A stretch of 64,000 nt of DNA. It comes from Felis catus (taxonomy: Eukaryota). Position numbers and translations under genes: made by a program. Shown in pieces: positions 11,364-25,694 of this stretch. Where the stretch lies: positions 45,694,001 to 45,758,000 of the forward strand of contig NC_058380.1 of NCBI RefSeq assembly GCF_018350175.1, given 5' to 3'. Every line of letters starts with the position of its first letter. Positions within the stretch are counted from its first letter, which is position 1. Under the pieces are notes generated by a model. It worked only from the letters and a program-made list of their open reading frames with translations, searched no databases and was not told the origin of the DNA.

Positions 11364-13027
11364 AAAAGTCTGTCAGTCTTCGTGTCCATGATAATTGTGT
11401 TATTTTGGGATCTACCAAAGATTGTAATGTTCGTAAAACTGGGAGAAATTACCAGTGAGTACCGTTAAAGAATTCTTATCATATCAAATTCTCCTAGAAG
11501 GTGAAACGTGCTATAAAGTGGCTGTAGTAAACCACTGTCACAATACGAAAGGTAAGCAAATTAGTTAATAAAGCCAATAATTCCAGGAAATATTATTGTA
11601 TCAGTGGTAATAGATATTTTGATGAAGGATTACATTAATTATCTCTTCTTGCCTAGTGGATTCTTAAGGTTGATCACCTTGCTGATACACAAGGTAGTAA
11701 TAACCAAGAAAGGATAAACAATTTAAGTAATTCGGTAAGTCATGACTCAAAAGAAATATAATACTAAATGCATTAATACGATTTACTGGTACATTAAATC
11801 CATGAAATCACTCACGAAAAACATATGGCACAAAAGGGAAAACCCTGCACAGAAAAACTAACCCACATTATTTTCTGAGAACCCACACTATATTCTTCTC
11901 CACTTCAGAGGAACTAACTTCTCTTATTTATGTCACCACATTCTCCCGTGTGGTTTCTACTTATTAATTCCACCAAACCAGTTCTCCTGAAAGTCACGGG
12001 TGGTATCTATTTTTGTGACATAGCAGATAGTTAAATCCACATCTTCCTTGAATCCACTGATGCTTTCCTAAGCACATTTATTTCCTTAAACACACTCAAC
12101 ATCATCCTTTCTTGTTATCCTTCTACTGAATGGCCAGTATACCTGCCTATCCTTTGTGGCTCTTCTCTCCCCTGCTTTTTCTTAGAATCAACATAAGTCT
12201 TTTTGTCACACTACACTGTCTCACCCCATGACCACCTCTGTTTCTGGCTTCCCAGGACTAGAATGGACCTCTAGCCACGGCGTTTTTTGTAAAATACAAG
12301 CTCACCTATCCACTACAACGGGTATGGGCACTTCCAGGTCGACCAGTCAACTGTAGAGGAGACCAACAGCTTTCACTTTTATTCCTGACATTCCTCACTG
12401 TAGCATCAGTTGAATGAATTCACTTCTTTCCCTTCTTCAATGTAATATTAAGCATGATTATTGTTTTTGGATTTCTGTCCCTATGAAAATCGAAGATAAA
12501 GACAGCAGGAACTGTATTTACTGTGTCCCATGTCCTAAGGGCGACGAACAACTTGCCTTAGAGGAAGTCAGTTGTTACCTCTGATTTTAATAGAATCTGA
12601 TGGGTAAATGAATTTTGTTGCCCATTTTTCAATCAAGTCGCACCATTAGGCTTGGTGGTACTTTTTACAAACACTTCCTGCAGTAAAAGTGAAATAAAAA
12701 AAGATATGCTTACTAAATATTAAGGATTCATTTTATTATATTACTGCAACATAAAGGTACACATAGTATTACTTGAAATAACTTATACATTATACATAGT
12801 TAAGTAAATAAATATTTAAATAGACAAATAGACATCAGCATGGTCATCTGTAAGCAACTAGTGATTGTAGAGTAGGCATGATGTTACTTAATACTCCTTG
12901 AAAACATTTGACAAATTGACTACATTCTTGTCGCCATTATAGCAGAAATCAGAGTCTTTGACATGGCAGAACACGTGGGAAGTGTGTATTATTAGTCAGT
13001 GAGAATCATTTCCATGTTGAACAGGTC

Positions 13028-13594
13028 TCATTTCTCGCTCCTTAATCTTTTCTGCAAGGCTGTTGACGAATACAAGGATCTCATGATTTCTGCTCTGACG
13101 ATCTCCCAGGCACAAGGGCTGTATTTCTTCTCTTGCAGGTAGAGGGAGAGTCTTTGGAAGTAGTTCCTCAGGAGGGAGTCCTCGTTCGTGAGGGGAGCCT
13201 CTCCCTCCCCCACCTCCTGCACGACACAGGCTTCCAGGCGGGTCAGCTGCCGATCAAGTCCCGTGCAGAATTCCTCCAGGAGGGTGGTGTTCCAAGCAGC
13301 AGACGAGGACGCCTCTGTGCAGAAGAAGTGGAAGATCTTCTGGTTCGTCACGTGCACCACCGAGAGGGCTTGGGCCTTGTGGGACTGGTCTCCACCGAAC
13401 ACGTCCTGGGGGAAGGCGAAGTCATTCCTGTCCTTCTGACAGGAGCTGGCAGGGAGTCTCCTCATTTGTCCCAGGAGCGTCAAGGCCCTCCTGTTCAGCA
13501 GGCCGTGGGTCTGAGGCAGGTCACAGCCCAGAGAGCAGACGGAGTTGCAGCCCAGCGCCACCAGGGCCACCAAGAAGGAAGAGGGCAGCGCCAT
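13028..13594 (-). CDS. IFNA: Interferon alpha (felid), 188 aa
   Basis: [23 protein letters not shown]|CDLPQTH...[11 protein letters not shown]...WNTTLL...[16 protein letters not shown]; intact single-exon ORF. Confidence 0.96.
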   Translation of the reverse strand: MALPSSFLVALVALGCNSVCSLGCDLPQTHGLLNRRALTLLGQMRRLPASSCQKDRNDFAFPQDVFGGDQSHKAQALSVVHVTNQKIFHFFCTEASSSAAWNTTLLEEFCTGLDRQLTRLEACVVQEVGEGEAPLTNEDSLLRNYFQRLSLYLQEKKYSPCAWEIVRAEIMRSLYSSTALQKRLRSEK

Positions 13595-13687
13595 TGGGGA
13601 TCTTGCAGATGCTGTTGGCCTGGCTGGGGTGGGCGACTCTGTGACCCGTGGCTCTAGGTTCTCTGAACATCTTCCCTTGTGCGTGTG

Positions 13688-13780
13688 GCTTAAGTAGGGA
13701 ACATAGTAGTTTTCAGTTTCTGAAGGTTGCCCTTACTTTCCACTTCTGTTTTTGATTTCCTTTATGTACTTTCTACATGG
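13688..13780 (-). promoter_or_regulatory. IFNA promoter / virus-responsive element
   Basis: TACTTAA box about 13690-13696; GAAACTGAAA at 13711-13720; AGAAGTGGAAAGT upstream. Confidence 0.75.
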
Positions 13781-14851
13781 GTTTAGAGCACTGTTTCCAA
13801 CCATATATATTATTTTCATTATTGGTCCATGTGTCCAGAGTCTTTTTTTTTTAATTGAACCATCCAAGATATTAATAGCGCAGATACCATATATATATAA
13901 TATATAATATATTATATATATTATACATAATATATATATAGTTTATACTCTATATAGTTTATACTCTATTTATATCTGAGTTTTGTATATACAAAAGAGA
14001 GTGTAAAGTTACTCTTTTTATTCTTTATAAGTACAGGGATAATAATGACTAAAAATTTTAAGCTACAGGCTAAATTTTAAATCCATTGATGCTTAAATGT
14101 ATAACTAAATGTGATGAGTAACTTATAATGTATTTACTTATATTAATTATAAAATGTAAACCAAATATGCAAATTATCAATTTCTAAAAAGAGATATTAA
14201 TGATTTCAATGTATTCAAATATTTAAAATAATTCCAAATTGCTAACAGCAATTGTAAAAATATCTTATTTACTTGACATTTGTTTTTAGTGTCCTGGATT
14301 TTAATGCTGTGTTGATGAGAATGTAAGTTTTAACTGCACCTGCCTCTAGATACTCTTGAAGGCACTGTCAAAATGTTTTTTTTCTGTTTAGTACTAGATA
14401 TAATTATTGAAGTTTTGGTGGGTTGTGTAGAATTAAATCATAAAATATGATCTACTTCTATTTAATTCCCAGAGCCTGTATAATATTGAGGCTCAGATAC
14501 AAGCAACATCCACAAGACAGCCAATGACAGCTCACAGGTAAGCAAAGGCCACCTCTCCCAAGATGACCTTGAGACCCAGAAATCAATGGAGATAGACTCC
14601 TCCAATCACAGAGCCCCATTATCCTGACGTTTGACACACTGAGCTTGAAGACATTTTGTGTCTCTTCCACGATATCAACGTCAATGCTTCTTGTGTGATA
14701 CTCATGAAAAACAATGAGAGAATAAATACTAAGGAATAAGGTTTTGTTGGACTGCTCCAAGGTTGAGCTTTGGAGTGCCACAGATCATTGAAATATTTAA
14801 GACATGTTCACAACCTTTAAGAGCTAACAGTTACACGGTTGGAAGCAATTA

Positions 14852-14882
14852 TTTTTTTTTAATTTGTTAAATGTTTATTTTT

Positions 14883-14932
<50 letters not shown>

Positions 14933-15109
14933 AACAGAGTATGAGTGGGGGAGGGGCAAAGAGAGAGGGAGACAGAATCTGAAGCAGGCTCCAGGCTCTG
15001 AGCTGTCAGCAGAGAGCCCGATGTGGGGCTCAAACTCACAGATCAGACCACAAGATCATGACCTGAGCCAAAGTCAGACACTCAACTGACTGAGCCACCC
15101 AGGTGCCCC
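14852..15109 (-). mobile_element. CAN-SINE
   Basis: Long GA tract; TSD GGTTGGAAGCAATT. Confidence 0.9.
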
Positions 15110-16899
15110 AAGGTTGGAAGCAATTGTAACCACTGTTCCATCTGGTGAGGGAATGTTGATGATAGGGGAGATTATGCAAATACAGAACTAGGGAGTATGT
15201 GAAAAATCTCCTTATCTTGTAGTCAATTTTGCTGTGAAGCTACCAACTCTCTAAGAAAAGTATTTTTTTTTCAAAAATATATAAAAACTACAGAAATTGA
15301 CCTATTATACTATTAGAGTCAGTTCTTTCCAGATAGGAGACTTTTTTGCTCTTGAGGAAAATCTCCTGCAGACTTGCACTTAGAACACAAGCCAGATCTC
15401 CAGACTTGGTCACTATCTTTGTCCTTCTTAGGCCTGTAGGTGGCACTCTTCCTTTGTAAATATCATGACAGGCCACAGAGTAAAATGATCCTTTCTCTTT
15501 CCTTTCCCCCTATTGCCACCATTACATCATTGTAGCAGGGACATCCCCTCATGTCCAAAAATAGCCACCAGGAGAAAAAGAAGAAAACAAGGCCTCTCCT
15601 AGGAGAGTCTGCAAAAAACCTAGAACTTTCACACAGCTATTGGTTTCAGTTGGTGGCTTTGTACTTGGAAGTAAAATTGCCAGACAGAAACCACAACGGA
15701 AGAGGAAGCAGCTCTATGAATGGACAGGACAGGTTAGTGAGGAGTGAATGTAGAGAGCAGAGCTCACTGCGGGGGGGGGGGGGGGGTGGGGGGGGCAGGC
15801 GGGGTGGTTCCTACTCTTGGGCTGAAGGAAATATTATGATATGGGAGTGAAAGAATAGGGTCCAGGGAAACAAAGTGGAAGAAGGAATGTGCTAGGTATC
15901 AGAATGTATAATGTGTACATTATATTATCATGTATACAACTACATACAAGTGAGATTCACATGTTCCCAATTCTGTGTGTTTAGACTATCAGCATTCTTT
16001 AGTGAGTAACAGAGACAAGGCTATCAATTCACTATCCTCTTGTAGATGCATATGAAAAAATAAGAAACTTGTCAGCACCTGTTAAGTCCTCACTCAGTGG
16101 AAGACATTCTGTTAAGTACTTTGAAATATTCTAGATTATTTAATACAATTCTAGGAACATTTCCAACCTACTTTATTATGGGGAAACTGAGATCCAGAGG
16201 GGTTAAGTGAATTATTCAAGCTCAAACATCTAAATTCCTGGGTAAAATCTACATGTAGTACATAATCCTTTATCACAGTCATAAATCTCGCTAACAATTC
16301 TTATTATGAAATTCTCATACATTTGAATCCCCAAATTATACCCTTTCTTGATTCTGGCTTTTACTGATGATGCTCTTGCTTTTTAAGTTTGCTCGTTAGA
16401 TATTGGAGAACAGAAATTTTCTGATTACCTTTCATGTTTTCATCTTATGACAGAAGCATCCCTGGCTATCATATCCATTGCAAATTCATTACTTAATGAT
16501 GTCTAAGAAGTTATGATTTTTCTGAAATCATTGCTCTCCCTAAACATCAAATCTTCATTTAATCAAAAATAAAGGAACAGTACAGAAGAAGTCCAGACAT
16601 AACATTGTCTATGAAAAAGTAAGAGGTATTCATAAGTACAGAAAATGCAATGTAACAAGGAAGAAAATTGGGGACGAGACTGGTAAAACACATGATATCC
16701 AAAATGGTTGTGTTATCAGTTTATCAGTTATCAGTTATCAGTTATCAGTTAAGTTTAGGATAAAGTATATATCTCATGTTCAACTGGTGGGATCAACTGT
16801 CCGGAAATGGTTCCACAATGATTACCTGCCAATCCAGGCAGAGATCAATGTCAACTCTCCTATTATATGAGAGAGGAAAATGAAATCATGATGGAATAC

Positions 16900-18400
16900 A
16901 TAATTGGTGTAAGATTCGATTTGAAAAAGGAACAGAGTGCGGTTTCAGTCACGATGTATCAAGAAGGTCTGAATATGTGCTCTTAGGAGAAACAACTGGA
17001 AAACTGTCTGTGATGTCGAGGCAAAGAACAACATCTCCTTGAGTTCAACAAGAAACATGCCTTTCTTCCTGAAGGCTTCCTAAAGGATAGAAATGAAGAC
17101 ATAAATAAAAACCCACATGCATAGAGAAGGATAAATGAGGTAGAGATGTAAAGATCAGGATCCTTAAATGCACAAGAGTAGAATGTGTCCAACAGGAGCA
17201 TGGAATGAAATGAGGGTCTCAGATTCTTCCAGGGCCATAAGAGTGAGAAAGGCCCACTAAACACTGGAAGAGATGATGGCAGGAAATTTTGTGAATTAGA
17301 TGAAAACACCAACCTTGGCTCCAAGAACCTCAATAAACTCTAAGCAGCGCATGCGCGCGCGCACACACACACGCACACACAGAGACACACACAAGCACAA
17401 CCAGCGCAAAGCACATCATCATAAAATTGCTGAGAAAAATTGGTAAAGCAAAAATATTAAAGCAGTTACATATCGGAAGAGATTACATTTGATGAAAGAA
17501 AAGAAAACTACCTTTGGATTTCTCAACAGAAATTATGCAAAGTCAGTATCAGTTAAATGGCATATATAAAGGCTGAGGGAATAAACCTTTTTAACTTGCA
17601 CTTTCCAATTTAGCCAAAAAAATCCTTCAAATTAAAGGTAAATAAAGACTTTTCCAGAAATATAGGAGCTGAGAGAATTCATGGTAAGACTTGTACTGTA
17701 AGAATGGTTAAAAGATACTCTTGAAGCAAAGGAGAAAACCATACTAGATGGAAATTTTGAGGTATACAGAATAGTAAGTATTGAATTGTCTAATACAAAA
17801 ATAAGAAAATTGTGTCCAGCCATTTAAAACACATATAGCGGGGGGCGCCTGGGTGGCGCAGTCGGTTAAGCGTCCGACTTCAGCCAGGTCACGATCTCGC
17901 GGTCGGTGAGTTCGAGCCCCGCGTTAGGCTCTGGGCTGATGGCTCAGAGCCTGGAGCCTGTTTCCGATTCTGTGTCTCCCTCTCTCTCTGCCCCTCCCCT
18001 GTTCATGCTCTGTCTCTCTCTGTCCCAAAAATAAATAAACGTTGAAAAAAAAATTTTTTTTAATAAAAAAAAAATAAAACACATATAGCAGTAAGAGGTA
18101 ATTCACAGGGGCCATACACACAGAGCCACAGGTGGGATGATGACAAATGAAGCATGCTAGTTTAAGGGTCTTACAACAATATAGGGAAAGCTACAGAAAC
18201 AGTCAAGTGTGCTAATTTGAAATAATATGTGGTAAAGAGTATAAAGGAAACTAAAATTAAAAAGAATAACTCAGAGTCCATTATGGAGATAAAATGGAAC
18301 CATTGAAAAACCGTTGATTCATCCAAGGAGGCAGGAAATTAAGAAAGAAAGGCACAGAGAGCCATAGGAACAAAGAAAATCATAGCAAGATGGGAAACAT
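16900..18400 (+). mobile_element. Old degraded L1 (ORF1-region) fragments
   Basis: A-rich L1M-like phrases such as CACATCATCATAAAATTGCTGA, AAATAAAGACTTTTCCAGA and AAGAATGGTTAAAAGA; interrupted by a SINE and a CA repeat. Confidence 0.45.
17840..18075 (+). mobile_element. CAN-SINE (young felid type)
   Basis: GGGGCGCCTGGGTGGCGCAGTCGG head; TSD TAAAACACATATAGC. Confidence 0.92.
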
Positions 18401-18426
18401 ACAGCTACACATGTAGGTGCACATGT

Positions 18427-19110
18427 AGCGATGGGGTGATGGGACTGTGGGACATGGGCAAAAAGACAGAGGGACCACGGCATGATGGCACGATTGGGCA
18501 ACGGGATGACAGGACAATGGAAGGGATGGACTGATGGGTCCATGGGCCACTGCAACTATGGGGTGCTGGTGGAGGGGTGAGATGAAGGAACGTTGGGAAG
18601 ATAGGGGACCTGGAGGACAGGATGAATGGAGGATGGGATGATAGGGCGATGGGATGATGGGCCACTGAAATGATGGGGCACTGGTGGGGGCGAGAGATGA
18701 CAGGACAGTGGGAGGATGGGGCGACTGGGGGATGGGATGATGGGAGGGTGATGAGGTGCTGGGACAACGGGAGGAAAGCACACGAGTAATGGGGGGGGTG
18801 GGACAATGTGAGATGGGGCCAAAGGGTGCTGGGGCAACGGAGAGGTGCATCCTTGGGGTGAAGGGGCGACAGGACGACAGGACTAGAGACCATAGGGCAA
18901 TGGGACAATGAAGCAATGGGAGGATAGGAGACAGTAGGGTGGGACGATTAGGCTACAGCGGAGGGTGGAAGGGATGACAGCATTCGCCTGGGACACAGTG
19001 AGGACCTGGTGGGCACAGCAAGTCTGGAGTCCATATCCTCTGGATCCTCTCTGTGAGGGAGTCTTGTGCCCACTAGCCCTCGGCTGACTACTAGCACCGT
19101 TTGCCCATGG
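18427..19110. repeat. Degenerate single-unit paralog of the 52-kb G-rich repeat
   Basis: GGGATGAT/GGGACAAT-type decayed 8-mers followed by CTCTGGATCCTCTCTGTGAGGGAGTC...CTGACTACTAGCA, homologous to the unit-end block. Confidence 0.75.
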
Positions 19111-21279
19111 GAAGGAGGGAGTATGATTGCACTTTGCAAAAGAGTAATAGCGAAACTCACTCAGCACTGTCATCTACTTGGTCACCATGAAATAGTTGAC
19201 AGTGCATAATACGTTAAAATGTCACACATAAATATCAAAACTTCTTCACAATAAAAATACTCAAACAATATTTTAGGGAACTTTTTCAATAGGATTGAAG
19301 CTATACTTTATTTACATTAAAACAACACTTGGACATAACCTTAGTTTGCTACCGCTGATGGACACAAACTCAATAATACAGTGAAGATTACTCTTTTACT
19401 TCTTCCAGTTGGCAGAACTGTATGTTTGATGATCTTTTGTGACCATGACAGTGTTAAATAATTTGAATTTAACGTTTGGTTAGTGAAGCGTCTTTCATAG
19501 GACCTCACTTTGACTCTATGGTTAAAGAGTTGTCTGCAAGCATTAAGGGCATTTAGCGGGTCAATTTTTTCATTTTCTTTGTAAGAACTTGAAAGACTGG
19601 ATGGAATTTGCCCAAATTTCCTATGCATCCTGCTTCTTCCTTTGAAGACTCTCAGGAACTTTCAAGTGCAGGCTGATTTCTTGCCTTTATTTAAATTTTT
19701 GGTGTTTGTACTTCATGAAGGTTTTGCATTAGTATACATGGTTTAACATTGATTTAGATATTATTTATATGGATTCTTTACATTTGGCACCTTCTTTAAT
19801 TCTGTGCTTGAGGGAAGTACTCACTTACTTTATCCTAATACTAACCCAAGAGATAGGTTTTGAATTAGGGTTGTGAGAGTCAATGGGTAAAAATCTTTGA
19901 GTGTCCTATTTCTCATCACCCTCTCCTTCATAATTTCTAAAACTGTTTTCCTGGTTTCTTTGAATTTTGTCTTCTCCACTGTGCCTCTAAAAATATCACA
20001 AAAGGGGGAGGAGTCAGGATGGCGGAACAGCATGGAAGTTTTTTGTGTGTCTTGTGTCCATGAGATACAGCCAGACCAACATCAAACCATCCTACACACC
20101 TAGAAAACTGATCTGAGGATTAACACAACAATCTGCACAACCTGAACCACAGAATTCAGCAGGTACGCGGCGCAGAGAGGTGAATTTGGGAAGCGAGAAG
20201 CTGCAAAGTGTAGGGAACCACTTTTGGGGGCAGAGAGAGGACCGAGACTGGGGAGGGGGGGGAGAATACGGGAAAAGCACCCCTCCCCAAAAGCAGCTGG
20301 AGAGAAAGTGGAAAGTTGGAAACAGCCGCAGGGTCCAAACTAAAAAGGGAGAAAGGAGACAGGAGAGGGTTTAAATTCCATTAAGACTCTATAAACAGGG
20401 GGAGTGCAGAGTCTGAAACTCTGCAGCTCCATACCTGGCAGTGCTCTGGTGAGAAGGGCGAATCCCCAGGAACAGAGTGGGGTCCGGGAGGTTCTCGGGC
20501 CACACGGAGAAAAGCGGTTCCACTGCTGGAAGGACATTTGGTAGAGACTGTTGAAGCCACTTGGTCCCAGCAGACCACAGAAAACGGCCACATTCGCTGG
20601 TACTAGAACAAGGTCGTTTAGGGTGAAGCCTGGTGCCCGATGTGTGTTGTGATTTTCCATAATCCCTGAAACGCTGCTGCTACACTATCTCGCAAACTTT
20701 TTCTGGGATAGGCTGGCACCTGGCCGTAGTCTCAGGGCACCGGCAGCAGCAGCGTCCAGCAAGTGATCCTGGGTGCAGCCGACATTCAGCCATTGGTCGA
20801 TGAGACCCTCCTGCAGAGGGGCGGAACAGGTCAAAGCCGCAGTCCTTCACAAGTAAGGGGCCAGGGAAAACAGCCTCATCTGAGACAAAACTTGGGAGAG
20901 AGGTACTGCCTGGGGCCTGGCCACGGAGAGTGAAAAAGCGGGGAGTGGATGAGAGCTGAAGACAGAGAACAGGTGCGAGATCGCTTATCCAGGAGGACAG
21001 ACTGGGTAGCTGGGTGGCTCCATTTTCGCCAGTCCCGCGCATGCGCATACGCACCTGTGAGCGTCTCAATAATCCACCCCAGTAGGCTAGCCGCGCCATC
21101 TAGTGGAGAGCGGAGCTATTACACTGAGCCCCGCCCAACTGGGCCAACTTTGCTCTTCAAGAACATAAGTCTCACCGCTGGCTTGCTTTATGGACTATAA
21201 AGTGCTACACGGACTGACTTCTAGGGGAAAACGAAGTAATTTCAGTCCTTCTTCAATCTGTTAGCAGGTTGATTTATTC

Positions 21280-21970
21280 AATTTTCTTTCTTTTTTTTTC
21301 TTTTTCTCTTTTACACTTCTTTTTCTTGAATATAGAAAGAGAAAAAATTCATTTTTGTTTTCAATTTTTATTAAAAATATTTTTCTTTGATTTTTATTAT
21401 TATATTTTTTACTTCTGTGTAAATTTTTTCATTCTATTTTACTTCCATCATTTTATTTTAGTCTTCTTCAGTGTATTCACCTTTTCAAATTTTCAATTTC
21501 CTTTTCTTCTTTCTTTTTCTTTTTTCTCTGTTTTGTTTCTTTTCTTTTTCTTGAGTGCAGAAAGAGAAAAACTTCATTTTTACTTTCAATTTCTATTAAA
21601 AATATTTTAATTTAATTTTTAATATATTTTTTGCTTTTATGTAAATTTATTCAAATTCTATTTTACTTCCATCATTTTATTTTAGTCTACTACAGTGTAT
21701 TCACTTTTTCAAATATTCAAATGATTTCCTTTTTTCTTTTTTCTTTTTTATCTTTTTTCTCTTTTTCATTTCTTTTCTTTTTTCTTGAATACATAAGAAG
21801 AAAAATCATGTAATATTTAATTTTTATTAAAAATATTTTTCTTTAATTTTTTCTACTGTATTCTTTAATTTTGTGTATATTTTTTCAAATTCTATTTTAC
21901 CCTCATCATCTCATTTTAGTCTACTTTAGTGTATTCATTTTTTCAAATTCTCAAATGATTTCCTTTTTTT
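21280..21970 (+). repeat. AT-rich tandem repeats (about 220-bp period) in L1 5'UTR
   Basis: TATTAAAAATATTTT...ATTCTATTTTAC...CATTTTATTTTAGTC recurs three times. Confidence 0.7.
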
Positions 21971-23056
21971 TTCTTCTTCTCCCCCCCCTTTTTTTCTCTA
22001 ATCTGTCAAACCACTTTCAACACCCAGACCAAAACACACCTAGGATCTAGTATCATCTATTCGATTTGTGTGTGTGTATGTTTTTAATTTTTAAATTTAC
22101 TATTTTTTTAATTTTAATTTTTTTAATTTCAATGTTTCTACCTCATTAATTTCTTTTCTCCCTTCAAAATGACACAATGAAGGAATTCACCCCAAAAGAA
22201 AGAGCACAAAGAAACGACAGCCAGGGATTTAACCAACACAGATACAAGCAAGATGTCTGAACCAGAATTTAGAATCACAATAATAAGCATACTAGCTGGA
22301 GTCGAAAATAGATTAGAATCCCTTCTATAAAAGAAGTAACAAAATAGCTGGAATGAAATTAAAAATGCTATAACTGAGCTGCAATCACGGATGGATGCCA
22401 CGGCAGCAAGGATGGATGAGGCAGAACAGAGAATCAGTGATATAGAGGACAAAGTTATAGAGAATACTGACACCGAAAAAACGAGGGAGATTAAGCAAAA
22501 GAGCACGATTTAAGAATTAGAGAAACCAGTGACTCATTAAAAAGGAACAACATCAAAATCATAGGGGTCCCAGAAGAGGAAGAGAGAGAAATAGGGGTAG
22601 AAGGATTATGTGAGCAAATCAGAGCAGAAAACTTTCCTAACCTGGGGAAACACATAGACATCAAAATCCAGGAAGCACAGAGGACTCAGATTAGATTCAA
22701 CAAAAACTGACCATCAAAAAGGCATATCATAGTCAAATTCACAAAATACTCAGGCAAGGAGAGAATCGTGAAACAGCAAGAGAGAAAAAGTCCCTAACAT
22801 ACAAGGAAGACAGATCAGGTTTGCAGCAGCCCTATCCACAGAAACTTGGCAGGCCAGAAAGGAGTGGCAAGATATATTCAGTGTGCTGAAACAGAAAAAT
22901 ATGCAGCCAAGAATTTTTTATCCAGCAAGGCTGTCATTCAAAATAGAAGGAGAGGGAAAAAGTTTCCCAGACAAACAAAAATTAAAGGAGTTTGTGACCA
23001 CTAAACCAGCCCTGCAAGAAATTTTAAGGGGGACTCACTGAGGGGGAAAAAAGATG

Positions 23057-23103
<47 letters not shown>

Positions 23104-24567
23104 AAAAGATATATATATATATATCAAAAGCAACAAAGATTAGAAAGGACCAGAGAACATCACCAGAAACTCCAACTCTACAAGCATCATAATGCCAATA
23201 AATTCATATCTTTCAGTACTCACTCTAAACATCAATGGACTCAATGCTCCAATCAAAGGACATAGGGTAACAGAATGGATAAGAAAACAAGATCCATCTA
23301 TATGTTGTTTACAAGAGACCCACTTAGACCTAAAGACACCTTCAGATTGAAAGTAAGGGGATGGAGAACCATCTATCATGCTAATGGTCAACAAAAGAAA
23401 GCCGGAGTAGCCATATTTACATCAGACAATCTAGACTTTAAAATGAAGACTATATCAAGAGATGAACAAGGGCATTATATCATAATCAAGGGGTCTATCC
23501 ATCAAGAAGACCTAACAATTTTAAACATTTATGCACCAAATGTGGCAGAACCCAAATATATAAGTCAATTAATCACAAATATAAAGAAACTCATTGATAG
23601 TAATACCATAATAGTAGGAGACTTCAACACCCCACTCACAGCAATGGACAGATCATCTAATCAAAAAATCAACAAGGAAACAATGGCTTTAAATGACACA
23701 CTGGACCAGATGGACTTAACAGATATATTCAGAACATTTCATCCTAAAGCAGCGGAATATACGTTCTTCTCCAGTGCACATGGAACATTCTTCAGAATAG
23801 ACCACATACTGGAACACAAATCAGCCCTCAACAAATACAAAACGATCGAGATCATACCATGCATATGAAACTTGAAATCAACCACAAGAAAAAATTTGGA
23901 AAGGTAACAAATACTTGGAGACTAAAGAACATACTGTTAAAAAATGAATGGGCTAAACAAGCAGTTAAAGAGGAAATTAAAAAGGATATGGAAGCCAAAG
24001 AAAATGATAACACCACAACCCAAAACCTCTGGGACGCAACAAAGGCAGTCATAAGAGGAAAGTGTATAGCAATCTAGGACTTCCTAAAGAAGGAAGAAAG
24101 ATCACAGATTCACAACCTAAACTTAACACCTTAAACAGCTGGAAAAAAAACAGCAAATAAAACCCCAAACCAGCAGAAGACAGGAAATAATAAAGATTAG
24201 AGCAGAAATCAATGCTATCAAAACCAAAAAACCAGTAGAACAGATCAAGGAAACCAGAGGCTGGTTCTTTGAAAGAATTAACAAAATTGACAAATCACTA
24301 GCCTGTTTGATCAAAAAGAAAAAGGAAAGGACCCAAACAAACAAAATCCAGAATGAAAGAGGAGAGATCACAACCAACACAGCAGAAATAAAAACAATAG
24401 TAAGAGAATATTATGAGCAATTATATGCCAATAAAATGGGTAATCTGGAAGAAATGGACAAATTCCTAGAAACATATACACTACCAAAACTGAAACAGGA
24501 AGAAATAGAAAATTTGAACAGACCCATAACCAGTAAAGAAATCAAATTAGTAATCAAAAATCTGACC

Positions 24568-24599
<32 letters not shown>

Positions 24600-25451
24600 T
24601 CCAGGGCCAGATGGCTTTCCAGGGGAATTCTACCAAACATTTAAAGAAGAGTTAACACCTATTCTCTTGAATCTGTTCCAAAAAATAGAAATGGAAGGAA
24701 AACTTCCAAACTCTTTCTATGAAGCCAGCATTACCTTAATTCCAAAACCAGACAGAGACCCACTAAAAAGGAGAGTTATATACCAATTTCCCTGATGAAC
24801 ATGGGTGCAAAAATCAACAAGATATTAGCCAACCGGCTCCAACAATACATTAAAAAAATTATTCACCATGACCAAGTGGGATTTATACCTGAGATGCAGA
24901 GCTGGTTCGATACCCGCAAAACAATCAACGTGATTCATCACTTCAATAAAAGAAAGGACAAGAACCATATGATCCTCTCAATAGATGCAGAGAAAGCATT
25001 TGACAAAATAAAGCATACTTTCTTGATAAAAACCCTCAAGAAAGTAGGGGTAGAAGGATCATACCTTGAGATCATAAAAGCCATATACAAAAGACCCAAT
25101 GCTAATATCATCCACAATGGGGAAAAACTTAGAACTTTCCCCCTGAGGTCAGGAACAGGACAGGGATGTCCACTCTTGCTACTGTTATTCAACACAGTAT
25201 TGGGAAGCTTTAGCCTCTGCAATCAGACAACACAAAGGCATCCGAATTGGCCTGGAGGAGGTCAAACTTTCACTCTTCGCAGATGACATGATACCCTATA
25301 TGGAAAACCCCAAAGATTCCACCAAAAAACTGCTAGAACTGATTCATGAATTCAGGAAAGTTGCAGGTAAAATCAATGCACAGAAATCAGTTGCATTCCT
25401 ATATACCAACAATGAAGTGACAGAAAGAGAAATCAAGGAATTGATCCCATT

Positions 25452-25694
25452 NNNNNNNNNNNNNNNNNNNNNNNNNNNNNNNNNNNNNNNNNNNNNNNNN
25501 NNNNNNNNNNNNNNNNNNNNNNNNNNNNNNNNNNNNNNNNNNNNNNNNNNNNNNNNNNNNNNNNNNNNNNNNNNNNNNNNNNNNNNNNNNNNNNNNNNNN
25601 NNNNNNNNNNNNNNNNNNNNNNNNNNNNNNNNNNNNNNNNNNNNNNNNNNNNNNNNNNNNNNNNNNNNNNNNNNNNNNNNNNNNNNNNNNNNNN
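25452..25694. other. Assembly gap (N run); others at 26783-26915, 37355-37525, 48990-49143
   Basis: Runs of N; three of four lie inside L1, typical of short-read scaffolds. Confidence 0.98.
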
